Shown: piece after piece, positions 1-11,028 of the stretch
How positions within the stretch are numbered: position 1 is the first letter of the stretch
Layout of the letters: each line of letters opens with the position of its first letter
Assembly (NCBI GenBank): GCA_004764695.1
Contig: SMSO01000005.1
Span: forward strand, 1,364,001-1,428,000
Direction: 5' to 3'
Origin: Schizochytrium sp. TIO01
Taxonomy: Eukaryota; Protista; Bigyra: Labyrinthulomycetes
Length of the DNA stretch: 64,000 nucleotides
The notes under the pieces: model-generated
Told to the model about the DNA's origin: nothing
Databases searched by the model: none
The model's input: the letters and a program-made list of their open reading frames with translations, nothing else
Program-made: the position numbers and the translations under genes

Positions 1-1
1 A

Positions 2-1105
2 ACCTCAAAGGTCGAGCTCGGAAATGTTCGTCGTCGCTTCGATCAGTTGGAGGTAGAGGAGAAGGACCCATCGCTCAGCTCAGAGCGGCGCTCGATCCCC
101 ATGGAGGAGACCGAGGACAGCCTGCATGAGCATGATGAGCACACCAGAAACAACGATGTCAGCAGAAACATTGCGACCTCTTCGCGCTTTAGAGTGACTG
201 CTTCGGCATCTGCAATGAGCTTTGGCCGCCCCCTGCCGTTTCCGGAACCTACAAAGCGGTCTGAAGGTGAACTTGTGGGCACTAGCTTGCCGCAGCGCCA
301 GACTCGCAAGGCTAAACAGCGCGATCGCCGCCTTGCATGCCCATCCACAAACTTGCTCCGCAACCGCGGAGGCAAGGAAAACGGCAGCATGCCTTACAAC
401 AGCCGGACGAGCGCTCTCAAGTGCGCAAAGACTCCCGCAAGGCAACTTGGAGGCCCGCCCTGCTTCGAGACTCCGACTCGCGATCAACAGTGCCAACTTG
501 CTAGCGCACAATTCGACCCAGCTCTTGTGGTCAATGCGCTGGAACAGGCTGGCGTTCGCATGCTTGCGCTTGACTTTGATAACACTCTTATTGCTACTCA
601 TACTAAGGGTCAGTTCCGTGGTTCCGTTAAGGACCTCAAGATCCGACCCATCTTTCGTTCTATTGTGCCTGCCGTGCTTGAGGCCGGCATTGCCATTAGC
701 ATTGTGACTTTTAGCCCTCAAGTACAAATCGTCAAGCAGCTCTTGTCGGATACTTTCCCTACGGTCAAACTTGGATCCAACACTTTTGTTTGTGGCGCTC
801 TCCCGAATGCCGTACTCGCATCATGTAACCTTTCTTTTAGCGATGCGGAAAATAAGCAATCCCCTATGTGCTATTCGCCACGTCAAGTTGGCAAACGCCC
901 TCACATTCGCATGGTCTGTGATGAACATGCCTGGGCAAACAAGTGCGATGCCATTGGCCTAGACCAGGTTCTACTGGTTGATGATGACAAAAACAATATT
1001 GATACTGCCAAGCGTGCTGGCATCAAGGCTGTCTGGTTTCGTGCTGACTATGAGTGCAACGCAGCTGAGCTGCAACTTTTTGTAGAATTGCAAACCCCCA
1101 TGTGA
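2..1105 (+). CDS. HAD-superfamily phosphatase with a long disordered N-terminus (first in-frame ATG at 101; frame is open to the window edge)
   Basis: Motif I LALDFDNT, motif II IVTFS, motif III GK and motif IV LLVDDDKNN lie in the C-terminal ~190 aa. There is no in-frame stop upstream of 47. Confidence 0.8.
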   Translation, partial: TSKVELGNVRRRFDQLEVEEKDPSLSSERRSIPMEETEDSLHEHDEHTRNNDVSRNIATSSRFRVTASASAMSFGRPLPFPEPTKRSEGELVGTSLPQRQTRKAKQRDRRLACPSTNLLRNRGGKENGSMPYNSRTSALKCAKTPARQLGGPPCFETPTRDQQCQLASAQFDPALVVNALEQAGVRMLALDFDNTLIATHTKGQFRGSVKDLKIRPIFRSIVPAVLEAGIAISIVTFSPQVQIVKQLLSDTFPTVKLGSNTFVCGALPNAVLASCNLSFSDAENKQSPMCYSPRQVGKRPHIRMVCDEHAWANKCDAIGLDQVLLVDDDKNNIDTAKRAGIKAVWFRADYECNAAELQLFVELQTPM

Positions 1106-1810
1106 CAACATTTTTTTCCTGTTCTTTATGTTTATTTGTCTTCTCTCCTGTTTTTCGTTTTGCATCTCTTTTGCTCTGGACTTGCTTTATTTTGCTTGAT
1201 GGGATGATCTTATTTTAAAACGTGTGAACTCAAAGTTAAATTCTCCGCTAGAGACGATTCAACTTGTGTACCTATAACAGCGACTAAATAAAGAGTAAGA
1301 CAAAGCTCGGCAACTTCTACAACAAAAGCCCTTTAAAAAAATCAAACAAAACTGGACATTTCTTCGTCGTTTTATTCTGCACTCCTGCTAACCCAAGCCC
1401 TACAAGTAAGGATGCAGAATTGGTTGATATCGGGCATCTTCAAGATACGTATAATTCCATCAGGTACTAATTAACTAGTGAATCGGTGAGACAATCTCAA
1501 TCTTCATAGTAGCAGTACTTACCGAGGTGCCCACCCAGTTGGTAGGGAGCGAAAATACAAATCAAACAATTACTCACTGGGGTGTGTACTATAGATATAA
1601 GGAGGGAATAAAGGGAAATCACTAACGGCCATATTTCTGCTTGGATGCGGCTCTTTGGCAAAAGAAGCAGGGTTTCACAGTCTTTGTGTTTACTTTGGCC
1701 GCCCCTTCGCAGAAACTTATTAGAAACTTGACGAAGCAAAACTCCTGAATGTATTCACATCTTTAGCACTCGTAAAGGACAGCAGAGTTGGATGAATGAA
1801 GTGAAGAAAA

Positions 1811-3226
1811 ATGCAACGAGTTGACGTGCAAGCATCCAAGTGCCATAACGCAACACGGTTATTTCTGATTAATGAAAAGTATAAGGCGCTGCAAAGCCGG
1901 GGCATCGATGAAGAGACCTTGGCATGCTTGCACGAGGCATGTGAAGCGAAACAGCAATTGTATGGGCCAGATCATGGCTGGGCCATGGAAACGACGCAAG
2001 ATTATTCAACTTGTGTAAATATTGTGGCAGCAAAGTTACTTCGTCGAGGAGATATCTTATATGCTCAGCGGCTTCTCAGTAAAGCTCATTCTCTATCGAT
2101 GTGTGATGGTCGAGCGAGCACGGCTACTCTGATAAATCTTGCTGTTTGTATGTACTCACGAGAGCTGCCCGAGGAGGCCATTCGATACCTCACGTTGGCA
2201 ACTGATAATAGTAAGAACCACTATTTTGCTGCTGAGAAACATCTTGACCTTGCCGCAGCACATTTCAAACGCCGAGGCCTGGAACGGTCTTTATTCCATT
2301 CACAGTCTGCAGTACATTATGCACAGGAAGCACTTACGCAACTCACCAAAAAGAGCCTTCCAATCTGCTTCTCGAAGGAAGCCCTTGTCCTACTTGCTCT
2401 CTCTTATCATAGCCTCGCAATTTCACTCGTTGCACAGGGATACAGGCGAACCTGGGCCCCTTCAACACAAGAAGAGGACGCCAAAGGTGTAACCCAGATG
2501 CTAGAAGGAGTAAAATGGCATGTTAAGGCTTACGAAGAAATCGCACTTGAACACCAGTGGGCTATTCCGAAAAGGCTGGCTGAAGGGCTTTGGCTGGCCT
2601 TTGTTGCGTCGTGCAAACGATCTTACCCGGTTCTTTCAAAGGCTATTGATATGGATTTCCTTTCGCAAAGAGCAGACCTTCGATTGATTGCACGAATTAT
2701 TCTGCAGCAAACCAGAGCAAATCAAATTCAGCGCGTGATGCGCGCTTCATTATTACGCAGAGAACACGCAGCGGCAATGCGTATTCAGCAAGGTGCACGC
2801 AAGCTTTTTGAAGCGAAACGCCTAAAGGCACTACAACAACAGCTGGAAACCATGCCATCTGTTGAGCAGGTTCCACTTCACGACGAAGAGTCCCTCTCTT
2901 GTCGTGAAGAGGATGAGCAACGTGCTTCCTTAGATATCAAATTAATATCAAAACCAAGGGCGAGCAGTCCAAAAGCTCGCAATCCAAGTACCATCAAAAC
3001 TCCTTCGCCAAGCAATCGTGGAACAAGCAGCTCAACATCTCGGAAAAAGCAGCACATTATTCATGCTACAGGTTCCGCTGTTCATGGTGCATTTCGGGAG
3101 TGGTTCGGTGGTTCCAAATCACGGCGAATTTCTGCTGGCTCAGCGCCATCGCCAGCTTCTGCTTCTCTCGCACCCTCCGGCAAGCGTAGAAAGCGACGCA
3201 CGAAGAAGATTCTCGTTGAAACTTGA
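1811..3226 (+). CDS. TPR-like helical repeat protein with IQ calmodulin-binding motifs and a basic C-terminal tail
   Basis: 471-aa ATG ORF. TPR-like helices (TLINLAVCMYSRELPEEAIRYL; HLDLAAAHF), IQ-like motifs IQRVMRASLLR and IQQGARKLF, and an NLS-like KRRKRRTKK. Confidence 0.7.
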   Translation: MQRVDVQASKCHNATRLFLINEKYKALQSRGIDEETLACLHEACEAKQQLYGPDHGWAMETTQDYSTCVNIVAAKLLRRGDILYAQRLLSKAHSLSMCDGRASTATLINLAVCMYSRELPEEAIRYLTLATDNSKNHYFAAEKHLDLAAAHFKRRGLERSLFHSQSAVHYAQEALTQLTKKSLPICFSKEALVLLALSYHSLAISLVAQGYRRTWAPSTQEEDAKGVTQMLEGVKWHVKAYEEIALEHQWAIPKRLAEGLWLAFVASCKRSYPVLSKAIDMDFLSQRADLRLIARIILQQTRANQIQRVMRASLLRREHAAAMRIQQGARKLFEAKRLKALQQQLETMPSVEQVPLHDEESLSCREEDEQRASLDIKLISKPRASSPKARNPSTIKTPSPSNRGTSSSTSRKKQHIIHATGSAVHGAFREWFGGSKSRRISAGSAPSPASASLAPSGKRRKRRTKKILVET

Positions 3227-4473
3227 ATATTGACTTAATTAGCAAATGTGCAACTTTTAAGCGCGTCACTTTGTTTGAGAAGTACTCTGGCGTCTACATC
3301 TTCTGTTGCATATCTTTTAAAAACTTCTTTTCAAAATGACAACCATAATTGCGAAAATCTGTTGTGTAGACCTTTTTACAACTCATGTTGCTTATCATGA
3401 CACTTTTCGTTCTTTGTAAATAAATTTTGCAGCTGATTTCACCACACATAAGCATGATATTTGCTTTGCTACCTGTAATTAGTGTCCAATTGACACCCCC
3501 CGTCATGAATAATTGCTGCACTCTTTGCAAGTATATTTGCTTCTATTGTTTGCTCACTTCTTCTGGTCGACACAAAAGAAGCAGTCAAAAAAACATACAA
3601 TGGTCAATTGCATTCATCTTTTACATATGTTTCTTATAGTCTGCGGTTTGGAGGCTCGATCATCTTAACATTTAGGGCTTTCAAAACATAAAGCGAGGGT
3701 CTTTTCTGAGGATAAGCAAACTCACTATGTTTCAAGATCAAAAGAAACAAAATTTGCAAGAAGCCAATTTTCGTTTGTGTGGCTCGTTGCGAACCTTATG
3801 CGTACATGAGTTCGCCCAACAAGCTTTGTGCACCCCACCTGACATTTTTGACATGCTCACAGCGCTCTGCACCTCTGCCACGTGCCATCCTTCTTCCCAT
3901 TTTTCTGAAAACCATTTTCATTTTCTTCTGTTATTTCGTTTAAATTATTTTCTCGAGCCTTATGTTCAATTTAATTGCAAGAATGTCTTCCTCTATTTCT
4001 GCTGCGCTTGGGTCTTTCAGGGCCCATGAGAACGAAGAGGCGACAACGACACAGAATTTGCAAGAATATGGATGCTATACTGGTATTGTTGGGTGGTATG
4101 ATTGTGCAGTGCTACGTCTTTTTGCTATTACACGTAGGCTCTACATATGTAAAGAAAACTTGCTAAAAAGGGCTCTCTCAACGGAAAAAACTGTTTCGCT
4201 TTTTTCTTTCAACACTGTTATTATGGAGTTTAATTATCGTGATCATTGACGTCAAAAATAAATAAAATATTATTCGCCATCTAAGAAGATGAGATAATAT
4301 CACAAAATGGCACCAAAAGGCGATTGAAGAAAGCTCCGGGAAACATAGAGTTGTTCTGCCAGTCTTGTCCTCACCGGCAGACTGCGCGGAAAACCTTTTC
4401 TGTTGCTATCGCAGTGCGGACAAGAGAGCTACTTTAATAACGGTGCGAGAACTGGACTCGAGTGTAGTGTGTC

Positions 4474-7326
4474 ATGGCGTCTGCAGAGGACGCCGAGCAC
4501 TCTGCGCAAAGCAGCGCTACAAGAGAAATAGAAAAAGGAAGGCTCGGCGCTACTGAAAATGGCGACTACGTGAAAAGAGCATTCACTAATTCATCATTCA
4601 TGCCACAACAGATTCCCGTGGTGACTATACATCAACAAGACTCTGTCCATGCCCACAACGTAGAGGGCAAATATGTTTTGCAACAACGACAAAAACAAGA
4701 TCAAAGGCAAGAGTCACATCATTTGCAATCCGGGTATCCAAAGATGACAGCTTTGCAGTTGAACAGGGGGTCTAGAGATGCGAATAGGCAAGACACAAGG
4801 CAAGACCCAAGCTTGGCAGAAACCTGGCCACGTAAGGATATGCCGAGCCTAAGGGTTGACACGAGATTAGCTTCTCCGTACAGACAGCACGATGACACCA
4901 CTCAAGATCTTGACAATGTAGAAACAAATTCTCAGTATTCTGAGCCCGAAACAATGACGATTCGGCTGGCTGACCTGAGCCGAGGTCTTGCCGAAGACAT
5001 GGAAGGGCTTCGTATCAATGTGGCTTCAGCGTCGCAATTCGATTGGAATGCAAAACCACGAAGCGTCAAGTCTATGCGTGATTCCTTTGGTGATGAGCCT
5101 CGTCCACTCAGTCGAAGCGGAGAACTCAATGAAGATGTTTTCCGCCATCATGATTATTATTATAAAGCCACGGGGAGAAACTATCTAGCTAGCACTTTGT
5201 CTTGGCAGCAGAAGCTCCAAAGCTCAGACAAACATCCAGATCAACTGGACGACTATGAAGTTGCTGCCGCGAATGACGAGCATGCTTTCTATGGCCTGGG
5301 AATTACCATTGGCGAGCCTTTTTCATATCACGTTAACAAAATGACAACAGCGCGGGAAAATGGAATGTGGAAAAAAGATCAAAAGAATTTAGAAAGACCA
5401 CGGCGCGAAGTAGACCCTCTTCCTGAGTCCAGCAGACTCACCAGACCCACAGTTGCTAGCGCTTCTCGAGAAGTAAGTCGTAATGAAAATGTTGAGCTTG
5501 ATCAGCTGCGCTTGATGAAACTTCAACGAGAAGTATCTGCAAAGGAAGAGCAACGCTACCGGAAACTCATGCTGAAAGAAACGGCACTATCAAGTGGACG
5601 CAAACGCATGTTGAGGAAGCATTCGTTTGGCAATGATAGAGGTACACAAGAGAATTTCCATGGGCCGCTTGATTTTGATGCAGAGAGCTGGATAAGTGCA
5701 AGTGAACCAGGGCCATCACCTCGTGGAAAAGGCGGAAACCATAAAAAACCAACAAAACACTTGATTTCTACCACTACAGAGGCCACACATACTTGGGGAA
5801 CAATGTGGGGAACAAGGGAGCAAGTGCCCGCTGCTTGGGTTGGACCCCAGCAAGACACTGAGGAATCTCCCGTTGAGAACTCTGACTGGTTCACACAGGG
5901 TTCCCATTGCGAAGGCAGTAATCCTAGTGAGGACGCCTTCCTTGTGGATCGTCCTGATCGGCGCGTACCTAAACTCAGCAAAGGTTCGCTTAAAATTCTG
6001 CAAGCTTCATCGAATGAACGCAAACCTATTGCAGAGCAATCCAAAAACTGGGCATTAAAAAACCAACAACGCCGTGCAGCCGTTGCAATGGCTGCTGATG
6101 AATGCCCTGATGAGATAAAGGTTGACACAAAGCAACGCACAGGTGGCCACAAGCGTTATGCGAAACTTCAGGAAGAGTTTGCTGCAACGAGGAGATTTGA
6201 GAATGCTGAGGCCGACAGTCTTGTGTCTCTGGTGGCTACTCTACCAGATGAGTTCCGTCAGAATGTGGTGAAAATGATTAAAACAATGCCTACTGGTTGC
6301 AGCAGCAACAAACAAGAATCTTTAACGGAGCTCAAAAACTCTCATAATAAATCCAAGGGTCATAATCTCCAAGCCTCGAAAAAGCAGCTTACCGAACAAC
6401 GTCACTGGGGTCATCGAGACGTAATTCAGGAACATGCTGATGCACATGCAAATGAAAACAAGAACTGCCAAGCTTCAACTCAGAACGGGCCATCCAGTAA
6501 AACAAAACCATCGAACGCTGGAAAGAAACCCGTATATCATCCAAGTTCCATTAATGCTCATGTAGAGAGACTTCGGGAGTTCCGCGAACAACAAGCGCAA
6601 AAAAAACAAGCGGAACAACGCCGCATGAATGCGGAAGGTTGGAAACCGGGCACAACGATTCAACAACCCTTTCACTTTTTGACAGCCACGCGTTCTTCGC
6701 GGCCTGGAACAGGAGTGTGTTCGTGCCCCGGCACAGCTAAATGCTCATCATTCTCTTCAGGGGTTCGCGCAAAAGGAGCATGTTTTAAGAAGCGTAAAGG
6801 ACCTCGAAAATCTAAAGCAAAGCAAAACACCAAGTCTCAACCTCAACGCCAGCATGAACTAGGTAGTAGCTCGCGAGAACATAACAGAAACTTTGATCAC
6901 CATGGCGTCAATGTTAGTAGCCATGGAGAAGATCAGACTTCAAACAGTGATGGCAAGTCTGATGATGATATTTCTGACTCTTTTAGTGAGATTGACCGCT
7001 CTCGGCCATATACTACTGAGTACATGTCCCATGTTTATTGCGGGCATCCACGTAGTCAACATGTTATCTCGTCTAAGGATGCAGTATATACACAGAAGAC
7101 CTCAAATTCAGTGAGCCACTACAAACCTCGCGACTGGTGCTCTTTACATAAATTTGAAGCATCAAAGAACGTTCGTGGGGACACCGAGGAGCGAAAAAGC
7201 TTGGATGATATTTGTGCTAGGCTTTCATCTGATTCTTCTACTTTATCTAATATGTATGCTACGGTAAATCAGCCAGAGTTATTTCGTTCAGTTGCTGACA
7301 TTGAACAATATCTTCAAGATGATTGA
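4474..7326 (+). CDS. Uncharacterised 950-aa low-complexity/coiled-coil protein, possibly microtubule-associated
   Basis: Long uninterrupted ATG ORF, hydrophilic. Short motifs RLTRPTVAS and TTIQQPFHFLTATR resemble those of microtubule-associated proteins (inference). Confidence 0.7.
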   Translation: MASAEDAEHSAQSSATREIEKGRLGATENGDYVKRAFTNSSFMPQQIPVVTIHQQDSVHAHNVEGKYVLQQRQKQDQRQESHHLQSGYPKMTALQLNRGSRDANRQDTRQDPSLAETWPRKDMPSLRVDTRLASPYRQHDDTTQDLDNVETNSQYSEPETMTIRLADLSRGLAEDMEGLRINVASASQFDWNAKPRSVKSMRDSFGDEPRPLSRSGELNEDVFRHHDYYYKATGRNYLASTLSWQQKLQSSDKHPDQLDDYEVAAANDEHAFYGLGITIGEPFSYHVNKMTTARENGMWKKDQKNLERPRREVDPLPESSRLTRPTVASASREVSRNENVELDQLRLMKLQREVSAKEEQRYRKLMLKETALSSGRKRMLRKHSFGNDRGTQENFHGPLDFDAESWISASEPGPSPRGKGGNHKKPTKHLISTTTEATHTWGTMWGTREQVPAAWVGPQQDTEESPVENSDWFTQGSHCEGSNPSEDAFLVDRPDRRVPKLSKGSLKILQASSNERKPIAEQSKNWALKNQQRRAAVAMAADECPDEIKVDTKQRTGGHKRYAKLQEEFAATRRFENAEADSLVSLVATLPDEFRQNVVKMIKTMPTGCSSNKQESLTELKNSHNKSKGHNLQASKKQLTEQRHWGHRDVIQEHADAHANENKNCQASTQNGPSSKTKPSNAGKKPVYHPSSINAHVERLREFREQQAQKKQAEQRRMNAEGWKPGTTIQQPFHFLTATRSSRPGTGVCSCPGTAKCSSFSSGVRAKGACFKKRKGPRKSKAKQNTKSQPQRQHELGSSSREHNRNFDHHGVNVSSHGEDQTSNSDGKSDDDISDSFSEIDRSRPYTTEYMSHVYCGHPRSQHVISSKDAVYTQKTSNSVSHYKPRDWCSLHKFEASKNVRGDTEERKSLDDICARLSSDSSTLSNMYATVNQPELFRSVADIEQYLQDD

Positions 7327-7667
7327 TGATTCGGAAGCTCACTTTTTCTTTCTTCTGATTCTTTTAAATTGCCTCTATAAATCCTGCTAGTTTGTATAGT
7401 GTTCGCTTTCTTTTTAAAAGAAAAGACTTTAGATTCCAAACAGTTTAAGCTCCAAGCTCCAGCTTAATCAGTTTTGATAAATTGCAGTGTAAATTAATCT
7501 GTCTTTTAGTTTGTTATTGAAAGAAAGTTCTATTTTAGAAACAAAAGGGTTGTTAATACTGATCTTCTGTTTCCTGATCAGGGTCTATAACTATATTTCC
7601 AGGCATATTGTGAAAGCTACTCAAAGCTTCCTGAATTGCATGTGAGATTGTATATGCCTTGCTGATT

Positions 7668-9974
7668 TCAACAAGAGCGTTGTTCTTCGGTGGAGCTTGC
7701 AAGTAAGGGGGTGGAATCCATTGCTTCGCGAGAAGTGTGTTGAGGAGAAGCCATCTGAACAGTCTCTGAATCCAAATCACTCACTGAGGAAAACTGGCGG
7801 TCGAGAAGAAGCGCTGTGTTGTCCGCATGCTGAACATGGTTTGCTGTTGGAATTATATCTGCATTTTCTTCATCTTCTTTATTTTGCATTTGGGACATGG
7901 TCACAGCTACAAGATTCATGATTGGCTTTTCAATGACCATGTAGAGAACAAAGGCTGCCGTGTATGCTAACATGATGAAGGCCAGCACGTCTAAAGAAAC
8001 GTTGAAACCTTCCCATACTGGAGCATACTTGGATAAACCCATGCGAATGAGCATAAACGGGATGTGTGTTAGGTATGCAGTGTAAGTAAGCCGTGCAATT
8101 GGTGTCCAAATTTCATGTGCTAGGATTTTTTTAAGTCCTAAGAGATCGTAGCGTTCATCAGAAAATAGAATGTAAATGAAAATTGCAAGCGGGAAGGACC
8201 AGAAACAATAGCAAAAAGAAAAATAAAACGCTTGCGCCTGCTTACCCCAATTTGCAGTTCCAAAGAATCCATACCGAAATTGAGCGTACCATACTGTACA
8301 TTGATGATCGCTTTCTGGGCACTTAAAGAGATCATAAAGAACCGATACAGTGGTTGCTAACACACCTATTGCAACGGCAAGCAACATGTACACTTTAGCA
8401 TCAGCTATAGGCCATACTTTCCACTTCTTTAAAATAGTGGCTTCATGTGCTTCATGTGTGTGCTTCAGCCCTTCAGTTCGTTCGTAGTGGATAAATGCCA
8501 TAATAACTCCAACTGCGTATGGTGTAACTCGGCAGTAAGGGGTAACGTAGACTCGAATCATGTATTCAGGGTCTGTTGAACCGTTTACCTGTAGCATGAT
8601 AAGATATGTAATAGTAACTTGCATCAAAATCAAAGCTGCAGGTGGTCCATACTTGAAAAAGATTGACATATAACCTTTACGCAGCTTGAAGAAGCCATGT
8701 TGAAAGCTTCTCACTAACAGTGGAGCAATGAGAAAGAACTGAAAATCATTCGCAAGATACCACGACCAACCGAGGCAACCCGATACTGTACTAGCATCTC
8801 CCCATGGAAAGAGGTTGTTCACGTACAGCAAATTATAGATGAGTCGGTCATCACAGCCTTGACCCATCGTTCCAATGCTTGACCAGTTCGGGCCTTGTCC
8901 AACATAAGGCATGACTTTCCAGACAAGCAATATCACCATGAGATACACTGGGGTCAGTCGAAGGTAACGACCTAAGATGAGCATTCCGTAGTCTTTAAAG
9001 CGAACTGTCTGGCTTGTGAAGCGCGTAAGAATTCCCCATGATGCTAAGAGTCCTGACATAAGAAAAAAGGTATCGACCGCGTATTCTGCGCCACGAATGA
9101 TTGCGAACGTGAATGAGTTGAGAACACTTGCCACAGCTGTAGGGTTTTTGCCTGGAAACGCATACATAAGGGTCGTATGGCCCATAATAACCCAGGCCAT
9201 GGAAAGAAAGCGAATCCCATTTAAGGCATTAAAATCGCCTGGTGTACTGGAAAGAAGACGACCCACATTATAGTTGATTGAAAAATAGTTTGTGATTTCA
9301 AGCTTTGCTGCGCTCAAGCTAGGAAAGTATGCTTTTAATGCCGTACAGAGCAAAACAATACTGAGAAAAAAGAAGAAAACCACGACAGTAAAGACTCCAA
9401 TTCCATCCATTCCTGGTTTAGCATCATGGCCAATGCATGATATCGAGATAGAGTCTACCAAGACCGCGATTTCCTTGTCTATCTTGTGTTTTTCTTCCTC
9501 ACTGACATGGAGAAGTCGCAGCAGCCTGCTGATTTCTTTGCGAAGTTGCGTAGTAAAACCTTGAAAAAGAGTTGATGGATGGCAATCTTCAGATATACAC
9601 TGATCGACTTCGAACATTCCTAGTGGCAATGCTCCAGCGAGAGCAAGCTTGCGGTTTAACACGGGCAGTATCACGGGTGTTCGCGATGAAATTCGACAAA
9701 AATGGGCCTTTCGAAAAGTTAGGCAGAGGTCATAGTTACCTTCGAAGAACAAGGGGAGCGCAAGAGGAATTGCGTCCATAGGTAGGTGCCCTGAGGCTAC
9801 TGAGCATGGGAGGGTTATATCTGCTCCGTATGCATCCCACGTATCATGGCAAGATGTTGGCAGACATTCTGTGCTCACTGTTAGAGAGTCGCTAGCGTTG
9901 TATGCTACAGTACTTGTGATCAGCAGTGCGACGAATGGAATGAAAAGCATGAGCATGTTGTGGATTCTAGCCAT
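7668..9974 (-). CDS. NRF-6/OACYL-like membrane O-acyltransferase (NRF domain + Acyl_transf_3)
   Basis: Signal-like N-terminus, EGNYDLCL, LNGIRFLSMAWVIMGHT, AVDTFFLMSGLL, RYLRLTP, WSWYLANDFQFF, RLTYTAYLTH and IEKP. First ATG at 9974. Confidence 0.92.
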   Translation of the reverse strand: MARIHNMLMLFIPFVALLITSTVAYNASDSLTVSTECLPTSCHDTWDAYGADITLPCSVASGHLPMDAIPLALPLFFEGNYDLCLTFRKAHFCRISSRTPVILPVLNRKLALAGALPLGMFEVDQCISEDCHPSTLFQGFTTQLRKEISRLLRLLHVSEEEKHKIDKEIAVLVDSISISCIGHDAKPGMDGIGVFTVVVFFFFLSIVLLCTALKAYFPSLSAAKLEITNYFSINYNVGRLLSSTPGDFNALNGIRFLSMAWVIMGHTTLMYAFPGKNPTAVASVLNSFTFAIIRGAEYAVDTFFLMSGLLASWGILTRFTSQTVRFKDYGMLILGRYLRLTPVYLMVILLVWKVMPYVGQGPNWSSIGTMGQGCDDRLIYNLLYVNNLFPWGDASTVSGCLGWSWYLANDFQFFLIAPLLVRSFQHGFFKLRKGYMSIFFKYGPPAALILMQVTITYLIMLQVNGSTDPEYMIRVYVTPYCRVTPYAVGVIMAFIHYERTEGLKHTHEAHEATILKKWKVWPIADAKVYMLLAVAIGVLATTVSVLYDLFKCPESDHQCTVWYAQFRYGFFGTANWGKQAQAFYFSFCYCFWSFPLAIFIYILFSDERYDLLGLKKILAHEIWTPIARLTYTAYLTHIPFMLIRMGLSKYAPVWEGFNVSLDVLAFIMLAYTAAFVLYMVIEKPIMNLVAVTMSQMQNKEDEENADIIPTANHVQHADNTALLLDRQFSSVSDLDSETVQMASPQHTSREAMDSTPLLASSTEEQRSC

Positions 9975-10581
9975 TATCGTCAATCTTGCTAAATTTCTAA
10001 ATTGATTCAGTACATCCAATCAAGCTTGATCTGATTGCGATCTATTGTCAGGTAGTGGCACTATGCACCAAGGTATCTATCTATCTATCTACGCTGCTGC
10101 TTGCTGACAACTTCGGAGCGTCACAAAATGTACAAGAATTAGGGTGCACCCCAGCAGTAGGTAGCAAGTTTTCAGGCTCGCCTCACTATTCAATAGTTTA
10201 ATCAACCTTGCAACTCGAACGGGCAAAGAGTCGCCGTCCAAGATTTGTTGAACTCGCAGAAATAATCCTGTAATGGCAGGTAGAATAGGTTTTTGAGGTT
10301 TGCTTGGGTCCGTAGATCAACCGATTAGTGACCAGAAAGAAGTCTTCGGTAGAGTCCGCGTAAAAGAGGGAGTGCAAGATCAGCTTCACAGTTGTTTGCA
10401 GTTTCAGGCTCGTAGATGTTCGCTCCGGTACCTGATGAGGGCTTTAACCTAGCGCTTCCTTGCTTGAATCTAGATTGCAATCATCAGGTTGAAAGCTGCC
10501 GATTTGTACGACACAATTCTACGAAAACTTAGATCGAACCTGAGATTTTCAGAGTAAACATTTACCTCGGAAATGAAAAAT

Positions 10582-10627
10582 AGAAAAGAAAAGAAAAGAA
10601 AAGAAAAGAAAAGAAAAGAAAAGAAAA
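10582..10627. repeat. (GAAAA)n microsatellite
   Basis: About 9 tandem GAAAA units. Confidence 0.9.
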
Positions 10628-11028
10628 ACTTAACCACTACTAAAAATAAACTCAGGCTTACCAAGTAAAAGTGAACAAAGAAGAACTTTGAGAAGCATTG
10701 TGTCTATTAATAATTTAATGCCTGAAGGCTTAAAAGGAGAAGGAAAGGAAAAAGGGATTTTCTCTTCCGGAAATAGAAAAAATAAAATAAAATAAAAAGA
10801 GGGCTAATTGAAGTGCGCTTAGGCCCGTTAGACCACTTAGAGGAAGCCATGACGACTAGAAGAAGGCCTTGGTTTACACGATTATTGCGCACTGTGAAAA
10901 ACCAAAACCATGCAGAGCTCTCTTGCCAATATAGCTGAGGAACTGAAAGTCGTATGCAAGGCTCGAACGAAAGTTAGTATTGTGAGCGCTTTGAAGGGGT
11001 ACACTGTAGGACCATTTCATTGGGAATA

